A DNA stretch of 64,000 nt from Rhynchopus sp. YZ270_cl-10 (lineage: Eukaryota): assembly GCA_964035575.1 (NCBI GenBank), contig OZ037835.1, positions 1,488,001 through 1,552,000 on the forward strand, given 5' to 3'. The translations under genes and the position numbers were made by a program. Below, in pieces: positions 34,687-46,393 of this stretch (positions are counted from its first letter, which is position 1; each line of letters opens with the position of its first letter). The notes beneath the pieces were generated by a model. That model made no database searches. It was not told where the DNA came from and saw only the letters and a list, made by a program, of their open reading frames with translations.

Positions 34687-35382
34687 CAGGGTTTCCGCCA
34701 AGGGGGACCGGGGGGGACCATGGACCCCCCCAATATTTTTCCCAGAAAAATCCGGATTTTTACAGGGGTTTGGGGGGGACCATGGTCCCCCCCAAGAAAA
34801 ATGGGGTTTTGGAGGTTGTAGATGACCCCCCATGGTCATGCGACCCCACCGTGCAGAGCATTTGGCTCGCTGTGCCAGAAGAAGTGGAAGAAAAAGGGGG
34901 TGGTGCAATCTTTTTAAAAAAGGGTAAAAGTAGCGTACCGTGCGCCTGCGGCGCTGTGTTGCTAGCTATGTGATATTGATATACTTCCATCGATACTTCC
35001 GTGCATTGCCCCTTTTTCTAAGGAGGCTTCGGTGCAAGGGACGGGTAGTTATTACATGTTGCCACTGCAGCACTGTAATGACTGTATCACCATACAATAG
35101 AAAAAGCAAACACCATCACCCTCCACTCTCACAGGACCCCTTACCTTGTTAAGCTTCCACCCCCGACCTCCAAACAAACCACCTCTACCAGACACACAGC
35201 TGTGAAGCTTGTCATGGCTGCTATCAAACCTGGTGCACCCTTCGCCTCTCCACTCTGTGGCCTGCAGGGAGGCGCGCGCGAAGCGCGCGACGACCGCTTT
35301 TGCGGGAGAAAAATTTTTTTTGGGGGGTCTTTTTGATGGTCCCCCCCAATTCCTGAAACCCCAAATCCTGGCGGAAACCCTG
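34687..35382. mobile_element. MITE, CAGGGTTTCCGCCA termini, 6-bp TSD AATCAA
   Basis: 14-bp perfect TIR; AATCAA at 34681-34686 and 35383-35388; contains the GTACCGTGCGCCTGCGGCGCT block seen in the hAT-like MITEs. Confidence 0.82.
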
Positions 35383-35505
35383 AATCAAGTAAAAAAAAAA
35401 AAAAAAGGGTCAAGTACTTGAAGTATCAAGTACTGGGATTTTTCTACTTTTTTTTACTTTTTGGAAAAAAGTACTTTGTACATCCATGGTATATTTTTTT
35501 TTATA

Positions 35506-37980
35506 CATACTGTGGGTGTTATAACGTTATGTATAACGTTATTTTTGTTATAACGTTATCGAATAACGTTATAACAAAAAATAAAAGTGTTATAACGTTA
35601 TCGATAACGTTATAACACCGTTATAACTGTTATTTTTGTTATTGCGTTATGGTACCCAGGTACCCAGGTACCCAGGTACCCAGGTACCCAGGTACCCAGG
35701 TACCCAGGTACCCAGGTACCCAGGTACCCAGGTACCCAGGTACCCAGGTACCCAGGTACCCAGGTACCCAGGTACCCAGGTACCCAGGTACCCAGGTACC
35801 CAGGTACCCAGGTACCCAGGTACCCAGGTACCCAGGTACCCAGGTACCCAGGTACCCAGGTACCCAGGTACCCAGGTACCCAGGTACCCAGGTACCCAGT
35901 ACACAGTGCCGGTGTACCTGGGTATCTGGGTACCTGGGTACGTGGGCACCTGGACCTGGGTGCCTGTGCCTGGGCACCTGGGTACCATAACGCAATAACA
36001 AAAATAACCCCCAATGACATAACGAAGTATCGCTTGAAAGTACCGTTCAATATACCTTGCTTGGGTGTGCATGAAGTAGCACACAAGCATTGCCAAGGTA
36101 TATCAACCGATAAATCAATCAGATAAACGTTACATCATTGGAAAATTGTTGGCACCGCCCCCCTGTCTTCGTATTTATTACGTCGACAGGCCAAACAGCG
36201 TTGGGCTCAGAAGAAGCAGTGCAAGACACTGGGGATCAACATGAGAACCAACTCCCAACAACACAGGCTACCGAAGTAGCAGGTGGGGTGTTGCGGGTGT
36301 TTGGGGTGAAAGAAAATCGATTTTGGTAAGTTCCAGCAGAAAATTCTTAAGTTTGCACTAGTCGAGAAGGGTTACCACTGCTCACCGAGCGGTGCACCCA
36401 TTTAAGGGTGGAGAAGCGTGACACGCACATACAAGTATGCACGTTACTTCAACAAAGGCTGAATTCTGGTAATTCTAAGGGATGTGAATTACAGCCACCA
36501 CATGGTTGTCATTAGGTTACTACCTTCGTCGTAGACGTATACAAAGGTTTCGCCCCCTTCTCTTTCATGCAAACTTAAGAAAATTCTGAAGTAACTACAA
36601 CCTGGCGTGCGGGTACAGATGCATTGCTTTGTTCTTTCCTCAAAGTCATGTGTGATCTCTCGGGTCTGTACTAAAGTCAGTGTTTAGATAAGCATCCACT
36701 TGACTCGTTCTAACAACCGTTGAAATCGAACAAAACAATACACTGCCCCTTCTCACACCAAGCCGCCATGCTTCAAGAGCATGCCCTGGGCAAAAATTAC
36801 TGTGACAAAAACTGGTTTCTGGGGGAACGCAATATTTTCTTGTGTCTAGTCCTCCGCGAGCAGAGGACAGACTTTCCAGAAGGTTTCCAAAGTCGAATTT
36901 CTTGCACTAGCTATGCTCCCTGGGTTAAATGGCTATAGCAGTGACTGACTAAGAGTTTCATAATAATTAGGGTGGTCTATGGGGGTGGTGTAAAACAAAA
37001 CTAAAATCAATTATGAGTGATTTATTAGAGTATTATTAGAGTTTTGTAGATTATTACAAGCTCTTGGCAAGCTCTTGTGATGGGTCTAGGTCTGGGATTT
37101 TTCTGTGGAAAATGAGTGGAAACTGTGTAATTAAGTATTTGTAATTACACGCTTCCACTCCAGACCTGCAGAACATATCAGGCAGCAAAAATAAAAAATT
37201 CCCAATTTTTTGTGGGGAAAAATTGCTGGGGAAAATATTTGGTCTCAAAATCAGCGAGCCGGGGTATGACCAAAACAACGGAGGTCGTTGGTTCAATGAA
37301 GAAGTGCAAGCGATGACCCATCTGGGACGGAGGAACGCGTCTTTATGTATCCTGCATTACGCGGGTACGTCGACCAAGCTCTCCCGGGGTCCTCCAGACC
37401 CCCCTTGCACTTTTCACCTCCTCCCTCCCCTTCACCTACCACCATCGCTTTAGGGGGGCGTCTTTAGCGGTTACACATTGCACGCCTGTAACAGGATTTT
37501 GTGCTCGTCAATAATTGCGCGTCAATGAAAACTACTAATTGTAAGTTATGTTTTGGAAGAATTTTTAAATAGGAACTTTTTTGAGAGTGGCTATTTTTGG
37601 GACTCATTTTTTCTCGGGACACATTTTTGGTGGATTTTTGGTGTGTAGGAGGTAAAAATATGTAACTTTCGGCCATTTTTGGTATTTTTGTTGGCAAAAT
37701 CTGGCATTTTTGGCATTTTTGTGAAAAAAAATGTTGAAAATAACACTCAAATAACACTCCAATAACACTTTTTTTGTTGGATTTTTTTTAAAATATGGAA
37801 AAAACATGTTTTTGGGGCATTTTTTTTGTTGTAACCCCCCCAAAAAAAATTTTTGGGGGGTTTTGGGCACGTTCCGAACCACTCCTGGCCCTTAGAAGTA
37901 GATAGGAAAAAAAATAACAAAAATAACACTTTTAATAACGTTATTAACGTTATAGATAACGTTATAACACCCACAGTATG
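35506..37980. mobile_element. TIR element, CATAC termini, 6-bp TSD TTTATA
   Basis: Perfect 25-bp TIR CATACTGTGGGTGTTATAACGTTAT; TTTATA at 35500-35505 and 37981-37986; ATAACGTTAT subterminal repeats. Confidence 0.9.
35651..35898. repeat. Tandem repeat (GGTACCCA)n, 31 copies
   Basis: Read directly; enclosed by a ~30-bp inverted repeat at 35630-35660 and 35978-36007. Confidence 0.98.
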
Positions 37981-38520
37981 TTTATATCTTGTCAATTCTA
38001 AAAAGATTGGAGGCTGCGGGCAAACAAACCGGATTGAAAAAGACAGAAGCGTGCTTGTTTTATTTTTTTTTTTGAGTACTCAATTAGCAACAACCATTCA
38101 GTTTAGCACATTATTAGTATATTTTTTTTACCTTTTTGTTTTCCGGCTTTGAACGCACAAACAAAAGACCCGATCTTTTTTTTTAAATGAACCCAAGTAG
38201 CAAGCCATGACCCACATGCATGCTGGTTCGCTGTTATTGTGTACGTAATGTTTCAACAACCCATGCCCCCCTTATTTTTGTTAAAGGTGGTCAACTGCTT
38301 ATTGGTTGTATTGCCTAAGGACGTGGCATTTGAGGCGTGTTCATCTTACAATTGTTATTTTTTATACCTACAAGCGTAGCTTAAAGGAGAAATAGTTCCT
38401 CAGATACGGTCGCCAATCACCCCTCAAAACAGGGTAATTATGCAATCAACGAAAAAACCGTTTTTCCTTTTACCTATCAGAGTTACTATTTTTATTTTTA
38501 TTTTATCTTTTTTTTTTATA

Positions 38521-38612
38521 CCGGCCGCGTACATATTACGTCGCGTACTCATTAAGTCGGTATGTGCCCTAACCGACTTAATGAGTACGCGACGTAATAT
38601 GTACGCGGCCGG
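38521..38612. repeat. Perfect hairpin, 41-bp stem, 10-nt loop
   Basis: CCGGCCGCGTACATATTACGTCGCGTACTCATTAAGTCGGT followed by its exact reverse complement. Confidence 0.95.
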
Positions 38613-39850
38613 CATTGAACCTTCGTGTTATTAGCTTGCATCCCATCCCTTCCACCACGGAACCCAAAAACTGTGTGTGCACGAAAAGCACGTATTGTTA
38701 CTAAGTTTTCTATTGTTTGTAGTTTTTGTTTTTGTTTTTTGTTTTTTTTTTTGCATCTCCCCACTTCGCCCCACAAAAGGCTTGTCTTTTAGACAGGTGT
38801 TCTGTGACTGTTGTAGCGGTGCATACCCGAGAAATATACGCCCAGACGCAAACACCAAAAAACATATGGCAAAACCAACAAAAGGAACATACTTCACGCA
38901 AATTTTTCGGGGGGTAAAGAAAATAATCTATACCTTCCGTAGTACAGAGGCTTCGGCCAACATTGAGTACAGACCCTATTAGCCCCCAGTGGGTTCTTGG
39001 GTGATTGCCGACATAACAAAAATATGGACGAAAATTGCGTAAAAAACAATGGAGTGGAATGTGGAGCCCCGTATGTTCCCGTGTTGCGACCGTGTTGGGG
39101 TTCGGTTTTAAAGTCTTTTAAGTCCATATTTGTGGTATTCAAAGTTTACGTATATTCAAGAGGTGTGCAAAGCCATTGCAATCCTTTGCTCGTTATAAAA
39201 AATTGTTGTCACGGACTGTTCCGACAACCTTGTCTTTTGTTTATTTTATTTTTATTTCCTCCCCTCCCCCTTGTCAGCAACAACTCCGGGGGGGTTCGAA
39301 ACCCCCCGCGGGGTGTCAGTGCCTGCGTCCCAGAGGCGTTTGCACTCTAGCTTCACTCTTTTGTGGAGTCAGGCCAACTTATTGCACACAGGAGAGCTGC
39401 CACATCTAGGGGGTGATATGTGCTGGCCTGTAAATGACTTCTCGAGCCCACATTGCACTGTGGTCAGCCCCAAGGGAAGACACCCTTCTTCAGAAGCTCA
39501 GGAAGATAGGTTTACTAACCACCCCTACCCCTCTACACTGTGCCTTGCCGCAAGGCAAGCCACAGTGTGCGCCCTGTTTGCTTTTCACTGCAATACATGG
39601 TATCAGTAGAAAACAGGAGGTGTTTTTGTCTCCCGGCAAACAAACAAATCATGTCAGAAGAAAGAGGTGTTTTAAATAGAATAGTAGAGCTCATCTTCGG
39701 GGTGTCAGCATACAAGGACAAAAATGCTTTGTAGCGAGAAACGATGCAAACGCCTGAGACTTTTTAAAGGAACTATAACAACCCCGTTTTTTTTTTTTTT
39801 TTTTGTTTTTGTTTTGTTTTGTTTTTTGTGCGAGTTATGCAATACGTCTG
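38613..39850 (+). repeat. Uninterrupted copy of repeat family B
   Basis: Collinear with 21035-25200 once the insertions there are removed. Confidence 0.85.
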
Positions 39851-41851
39851 GAAACGAAAGACGCGTTTCTTCGGGTGTCATGAGTCTTACCCGTTTCCCC
39901 TCCTCCTCCCCAACCCCATTGTGCGTCTGCACCCACCGTACTTTAACGAAATAGAATAATGACAAGTTGATATTCGACTTGTATGAGGAATCATTTTTAC
40001 AAAAGGGAGAGGTGGTTTTTTTAGAACCACCCCCCCAAAAAAAAAGTAACTGTTCGTGTTTACCTGAAGTACGGTCAGTTAGAGGGCCTCGCTAGCTACT
40101 ATTCAGATTATTGTACTCCCTTCCTCCCCCTCGTGAGTGTTTTTTATTTTATTTTTTTAATTTTATTTTTTTATAATTTCCCTGAAGCGTATTGACGTGT
40201 GACAAAAGGTGCAAACGACGCGACGTTGCTTTCCTCGCGTAGTTTGGGCTTATCCAAAAGTCGTCATTATATTTCTAAAAAAAATACTTCATTATCTTGC
40301 TTCAGTAGTATTGTTTCTCACAAACCTTCGTTCACTCCCCTGTAGGGTCTCCGGGTTGTGTCTTTTTGTTTTTCAATTTATGCAAGGAAACAGTTTATTT
40401 TTCCCCTCATTTTTGCAAACAATGAATTAAAAAAATATGGGTTGTTGTTGTATTTTATACACTTCCCTAATGCTTTCAAATATTTATTTGAAAGTGTATG
40501 GATTTGTGTTTTTGTTGACCGAACAGGGGGAGGCTCGCTCCTACCCTATCTGGCCTTTGTTTTTTTCATTCACTATTTTCAAGATGGCTCAGCACCAAAC
40601 GCTCCGGGTGCATCTTGTGTCATTTTCCACTATAATATTATGTTTTTTTTTTTTTTTGATAAAACAACTTCAGCGCTGCGGGGCAAACAAAACGGATTGA
40701 AAAAAGAGAAAAGCTTTTCTTGTTTTCTTTGAGTACTCAATTAACAACAATCATACTTCAGTTTTAACACACTTTTTTTTTTTCACCATTTTGTTTTCCG
40801 GCTTTGAGCACAAGGATACACTTCCCTAATGCTTTCAAATTTTATTTGAAAGTATATGAATTTGTTTTTCGGCTTTGAGCACAAACAAAATACCCGATCT
40901 CTTTTTATAAAACAATTTGTTGTCAATGCTAAAAAGATTGGAGGCAGCGTGGACACACAAACCGGATTGAAAAAGACAGTGGAGATTGTACAACTGTGGC
41001 AACACAACTGAGGCAACTACACTACATCCAACAATTTTTCAAAAAGGAGTGGTACACTCTAGGGTGGCTACACTAATACAACCAAGTTTTCAAAAAAGAC
41101 AGAAGCTTTTCTTGTTTTCTTTGAGTACTCAATCAACAACAACCATACTTCGGTTTTAACACATTTTTGTTTCTTCACCTTTTTGTTTTCCAGATTTGAG
41201 CACAAACAAAATGCCCGATCTTTTTTTTTAACAGGGGGGTACTGTCTGTATTTCTTTAGAATCAACAGATTGGCCACGTTAAGATTTTTTTTTCCTATGA
41301 TTTCATGCAATGCTAAAAGGAAGTTGAACCACCGTACCCCAACTCCCTTCCTTTTTTTATACGATTTGCATACCGTTGGAATCATAAGTTATGATTCCAA
41401 TGTCCTCTCTGCCGTCCCTCACCCTGGGGATTTCATTACGCGATGGACTTCAGCCGGCTGGACTCCCGCTTTTCGGGGGTCTGGATTAGCGGGTGTCATT
41501 TCATGGAATCTGAGGAGAATTGTATTTTCTTTTGAAGTTCTGTCTATCTCAAGGAGGTTTGCGGAGCCTCCTTTGGCTGCGGTGAACCAACAGAAACCGC
41601 GAGGTCGTTTTTTTTCCCCCCCTCTTGTTTACATGCTTCTTCACAAAAAATGGGAGGTGGGGTCACTGCTGGCGCATCTGCATGGAAGTGTGCAGCCTTC
41701 GTACTTTCCGTTAATTGACCACCATGTATTATGGGCAATTCATCACAATACAGGCACTACTACCACACCCCTCACATTCCCCAAAACACACCAACACCCC
41801 TTTTTCCAGCTCCCCTCCCCCCTCCTCCTCCCTCCTCCTCTTCCTGCATGA

Positions 41852-44800
41852 ATGGTGAATAACCGTACTGCGTTGTTCATCTATGCACTTCTGTCACTGT
41901 GTCATGTTGACGGGGCGGGGATGCCGCCATACTATAATGTGAAGGTGAGGAGCACATGCACCTCCACCGGGTGCTGGATGACGTGCGGGTCGGATTCGCG
42001 TACATACATTTACTCGTCTGTGAATGCTACACTACCTGAGGAGTATAATGGGGGGAATGATTCGAGGTTCCAGGAGGGGTCGCTTGCGCTGGCAGAAGGG
42101 GGTACCTTAAGCAATATGTGGCAGTTGACGAGCAGGAACCCGCACCTCTCCCCGCTTGTTCCTAACCCGACGTTTACTGAGACGTTTGGAAGTTTCGTGA
42201 GAATATTTTCGTCGCAAGTTGTCGGGAAAGACTACCCGCGGTACATAGCGGTGCAGGGCGAGGTGCTGGAGGTTGGCCCAGACCCCACATTGTCGGTGTA
42301 CGTTTCCAGCGCTCTAAACGTTGTCACCGCCGTGTACGCCCTGAAGACGATGTATTTAGTGGAGGTCGATCCTACTGATGCCAATCAAACCGGCTCGAAC
42401 GCAGTGTGGTGCCTGTCGCTCGACGGAAAGTTCCACCCCGTCATCCCCCCAGCGTGCACGCGGATGTCAAAAGCAACGGTCGCCCCAGTGAAGGTGCTGA
42501 CACACGCAGACAGCTTCGCGGTGCTCTACACGGACGGGACAGTGCAGGCAAGCAGCGTCGGAGCTTTCTCCTTGGTGGTGGACCTCTTCGTCGTGGACGG
42601 CGTCTACTACGCGCTCGTGAACGACAATACAATTTACACGTGGACCGCCTCGTCGGTTGAGACCACGCTGCTTGCGTCGTCGCGCCCATTTGACTTCATG
42701 CCGTATCTGGGGAACATTGTGTTCTATGCGAATGCGGAGGGTGGGGTGGTTTTGAACAGGGACAGCACAGTGTCGGTGTGGGGCGACGGCTCGCACAGCA
42801 CAGTGCAGACACGCTTTGTGGATGTGGAGAATGTGTACGTGAACTCGGGTGCGTTTGTGCTGCTGCACTCCGACATGACGGTGACTGCGTGGGGGAAGGC
42901 GAGCTGTGGCGGGGACGCCACTACAGTTGCTTCTGCGTTTGGTGTCGCTATGGTGACAATTGCATCTGCTCAGGATGGCACGGCATTTGCGGCACACTTG
43001 GCGTCCACACTCAAGGTCGTGGCCTGGGGCGGCCAAGGTGGGAACTTCCCTGCGAGCACGCTAGGGAAAAACATTGCGTCATTTGTGCTTCCTTTATCGC
43101 AGGGCTTTGCAGCCTATGTTCTGTCTACGGCTAAGCCAGGCTACCATTTCAAAGAAGTCATGACGTGGGGTGACATCCCCAGCTCCTCGGATATGTCCTG
43201 GTGTACTGGTTATATTGTTCCCTCGTGCCTGACGGTGCGCTGCCCTTCTGGGTGGTGGATAGACAATCCTGAGGACACTACCTGCGACGAAAGGTGCACT
43301 GCGGACACATGCTGCAAAACACCACCCACAGAGGCACCTTTGGCTGTATCCACGACAGTACCAATCACCACAGTGCCAGATACTGCCGAACCTACGTTAC
43401 CCCCGACAGACGCGCCAAAGACAAACGCTCCACCGACAGCTGCCCCTACTGCCGAACCTACGTTGCCTCCGACAGACGCACCAAAGACAAATGCGCCATC
43501 AACAGACGCACCAACGACAAATCTTCCATCAACACCTGTCCCAGAAACTCCCAAACCATTTCCGCCGCCAATGACAAACGCTCCACCGACAGACGCGCCA
43601 AAGACAAATGCGCCATCAACAGACTCACCAATGACAAATCTTCCATCAACAGCTGTCCCAGAAACTCCCAAACCAATTTTGCCTCCGACAGACGCACCAA
43701 AGACAAATGCGCCATCAACAGACTCACCAATGACAAATCTTCCATCAACACCTGTCCCAGAAACTCCCAAACCATTTCCGCCGCCAATGACAAACGCTCC
43801 ACCGACAGCTGCCCCAGACACCGCCGCACCTGCCTCTTTGCCGTCTAGCACTGCACCTACAGCAGCGCCTACAGACGCACCGCACACCAACACACCGACA
43901 TCAGCCCCGACAGATCCACCTGGAGCGAATGTGACAGACACAGCCGCGCCCTCAACCCTGCCACCGACAGACGCGCCTACCGAGTACCCGCGCACGGTGA
44001 CGCCGGAGAAGATAAACGTGCCTGACACGAGGCCCCCGCGTACGGTGATACCGGGCACTACAATACCACTGGGGACAATTGACCCTCCTACACAAGCACC
44101 CCCGAAGACAGACGTGCCCGACACAGCCGTGCCCTTAACCATACCGCCCACATACGGTCCTACGCACGCCTCGCACATCACGGAGAGCCTGAGCCCGGGT
44201 GATGAGGGACTGCCCACTGACACGGCGGTACCAGTGGGTGATGCGACCGCAGGCCCAGAGAGTCCTTCAGATTCAGGTGGGAATGGTGCTGTGAGTGCGG
44301 TGCTGATCACGGTGGGTGTGCTGGTCGTGCTGTGCATGTCGCTGTTGGTGCGTAGGAGGTGGCGTACGCGGCGTGGGGAGGTCGCCACATACGCAGCCGA
44401 GCAGATGATGGCAAACCCGCTGGTCGAGATGCGCGACAGTGTCGTGACGGACATCGAGGAGCTGCCGTACCCCAGCGCCTCTGAGGACGTCACAGCGACG
44501 TCGCCCTCCTACGTGTTGCACAGCCTGCAGAGCACTGGTGTGTCCATAAGTGGTCACTTGCCCACAGGTTGTGGCGTAGAAGGCCCATCAGACCCTGTGT
44601 ATGCGTCGTGGGTGAAGGACCGCGAGGTCGGCAGTGGTGCCTACGGTGTTGTCTACGTCGGGCACCTGTCGGACGGGCGTGTGGTGGCGATGAAGGAGCA
44701 GATCTCTGCGACACGTGCAGATGCAGACGAGGCAGTTGCGAACCTGGAGCTGCTGCGCCGTCTGCGCCACCCACACCTGACGGAGATGTACGACGTGTGC

Positions 44801-46393
44801 TACGACGTGCCTGGACGGCGCATCTGCTGGCTCATGGAGTTCGTCTCGGGTGGGTCGCTTGGTGCATACGTGCGCAACCTTGGGCACAAGCTGGAGGAGG
44901 CGAAGGTGGTGTTCTACATGCGGCAGGTCCTGCAGGCAGTGAACTTCCTGCATATGAACAACGTTGTGCACCGTGACATCAAGGGCGAGAACATTCTCCT
45001 CACACGTGAGGGCACTGCGAAGCTCTGCGACTTTGACTCCATCAAATGCTGCGACACAGATGATACTGACTACAAAACCACTGAAAGCAACATCTGCACA
45101 CAGCGGGTGAGCACACAGTACAACACACAGGTCGGCAGTCCTCACTGGATGGCACCCGAGATGCTTGGGCAGCTGACTGGGTTTGTGGAGGCGGGGCCTG
45201 CGTGTGACATCTTCAGCTTCGGGAGCACTGTGTCTGAGGTGCTGAACGAGGGTGTGCCTCCTGGGAACTTTGAGGGTGCGTGGGTGCATCTGGTCAAGAC
45301 GATGCAGTTCCCGCCTGTGAACATGGTGCAGGACGTGTCGCCTGAGGCCACAAGCTTCCTGTGTGCGTGTCTGAAGCGTGACCCTGAAGAACGCCCCACA
45401 GCAGGAGAGCTTCTGGAGGACCCGTTCATGGCACAGTGGGCAGACGCGCACATGACCATCTCGGACGACACGTCTGCCGAACCCTCCGCAAAGTGGCTCA
45501 CGTCACGGGCTATGCGCAGTCGCACGCGTATGCGCCCACCCCTCGGGAAGGGTGCATTCGGTGTGGTGTACAGGGCAACTGTGGACGGACGTGACGGACA
45601 CGTTGCTGTGAAGGAAGTGCAGCTGGATGTTTCACACACAAGCAAGGCACGAGAACGTGTGGAGCGTGAGTTTGTGCTGATGCGTGAGCTGCACCACCCA
45701 CACATTGTGCCGTACCTCGGACACATATGGCGTGACGGGACGCGGCTCGAGATCTTTATGGAGTACATGCCAGGTGGGTCTGTGCGCAACCTGCTGCGTG
45801 CACGCAGGAAGGGTCTGGACGCAGGCACGATCTGCGAGTACACGAAGCAGGTGCTTCTTGGGCTGGAGTACCTGCACAGGGGTGGGAACGGGTTTGCACC
45901 GATTGCACACCGTGACGTGAAGGCGGACAACCTGCTGCTGTCGATAGATGCGACAGTGAAGCTGTCTGACTTTGGATGCAGCAAGCTGTTTGAGTCGTCG
46001 TCTGAGGAAGTGAGCTTTGGTGCTGCTGGTGCGCAGACGTGTGTGGGGACGCCGTTCTGGATGGCGCCAGAGGTGCTGCAGCAGCGCACGGAGCGCAGTG
46101 GGGACTACGGGACACGGTGCGACGTGTGGTCGCTGGGGTGCACGGTGATTGAGATGCTGGGTGTGACACCGTGGCGGGAGAACGCACGTGAGGGCGAGCA
46201 CGAGGTTCTGATGCGCATTCTGACAAGCACAGGTGGCCCGCCGATACCTGCAGCTGCGCCGCCTGCACTCACAGCCTTCCTCGCACGCTGCTTTGTGCGC
46301 GACCCTGCCTTGCGCCCGTCTGCACAGACGCTCCTCGAAGACGCTTACATCACACTTGAACAATACACGAGTTCCTGTGCCCCCCTGGAGTAA
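41852..46393 (+). CDS. Single-pass receptor, 1513 aa: signal peptide, RCC1/BLIP-II-like repeats, Cys-rich module, long PT stalk, TM helix, tandem STE11/MAP3K-like kinases
   Basis: MVNNRTALFIYALLSLCHVDG; CTSTGCWMTC; RCC1-like core shared with the 26876 gene; TM AVSAVLITVGVLVVLCMSLLV followed by RRRWR; kinase 1 DFD, kinase 2 DFG. Confidence 0.92.
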   Translation: MVNNRTALFIYALLSLCHVDGAGMPPYYNVKVRSTCTSTGCWMTCGSDSRTYIYSSVNATLPEEYNGGNDSRFQEGSLALAEGGTLSNMWQLTSRNPHLSPLVPNPTFTETFGSFVRIFSSQVVGKDYPRYIAVQGEVLEVGPDPTLSVYVSSALNVVTAVYALKTMYLVEVDPTDANQTGSNAVWCLSLDGKFHPVIPPACTRMSKATVAPVKVLTHADSFAVLYTDGTVQASSVGAFSLVVDLFVVDGVYYALVNDNTIYTWTASSVETTLLASSRPFDFMPYLGNIVFYANAEGGVVLNRDSTVSVWGDGSHSTVQTRFVDVENVYVNSGAFVLLHSDMTVTAWGKASCGGDATTVASAFGVAMVTIASAQDGTAFAAHLASTLKVVAWGGQGGNFPASTLGKNIASFVLPLSQGFAAYVLSTAKPGYHFKEVMTWGDIPSSSDMSWCTGYIVPSCLTVRCPSGWWIDNPEDTTCDERCTADTCCKTPPTEAPLAVSTTVPITTVPDTAEPTLPPTDAPKTNAPPTAAPTAEPTLPPTDAPKTNAPSTDAPTTNLPSTPVPETPKPFPPPMTNAPPTDAPKTNAPSTDSPMTNLPSTAVPETPKPILPPTDAPKTNAPSTDSPMTNLPSTPVPETPKPFPPPMTNAPPTAAPDTAAPASLPSSTAPTAAPTDAPHTNTPTSAPTDPPGANVTDTAAPSTLPPTDAPTEYPRTVTPEKINVPDTRPPRTVIPGTTIPLGTIDPPTQAPPKTDVPDTAVPLTIPPTYGPTHASHITESLSPGDEGLPTDTAVPVGDATAGPESPSDSGGNGAVSAVLITVGVLVVLCMSLLVRRRWRTRRGEVATYAAEQMMANPLVEMRDSVVTDIEELPYPSASEDVTATSPSYVLHSLQSTGVSISGHLPTGCGVEGPSDPVYASWVKDREVGSGAYGVVYVGHLSDGRVVAMKEQISATRADADEAVANLELLRRLRHPHLTEMYDVCYDVPGRRICWLMEFVSGGSLGAYVRNLGHKLEEAKVVFYMRQVLQAVNFLHMNNVVHRDIKGENILLTREGTAKLCDFDSIKCCDTDDTDYKTTESNICTQRVSTQYNTQVGSPHWMAPEMLGQLTGFVEAGPACDIFSFGSTVSEVLNEGVPPGNFEGAWVHLVKTMQFPPVNMVQDVSPEATSFLCACLKRDPEERPTAGELLEDPFMAQWADAHMTISDDTSAEPSAKWLTSRAMRSRTRMRPPLGKGAFGVVYRATVDGRDGHVAVKEVQLDVSHTSKARERVEREFVLMRELHHPHIVPYLGHIWRDGTRLEIFMEYMPGGSVRNLLRARRKGLDAGTICEYTKQVLLGLEYLHRGGNGFAPIAHRDVKADNLLLSIDATVKLSDFGCSKLFESSSEEVSFGAAGAQTCVGTPFWMAPEVLQQRTERSGDYGTRCDVWSLGCTVIEMLGVTPWRENAREGEHEVLMRILTSTGGPPIPAAAPPALTAFLARCFVRDPALRPSAQTLLEDAYITLEQYTSSCAPLE

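Larger units (their letters stand above)
33048..35488. mobile_element. TIR element, CATGG termini, 6-bp TSD GTATAT, with two nested insertions
   Basis: Perfect 20-bp TIR CATGGATGTACAAAGTACTT; GTATAT at 33042-33047 and 35489-35494; many AAGTACTT repeats. Confidence 0.9.
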
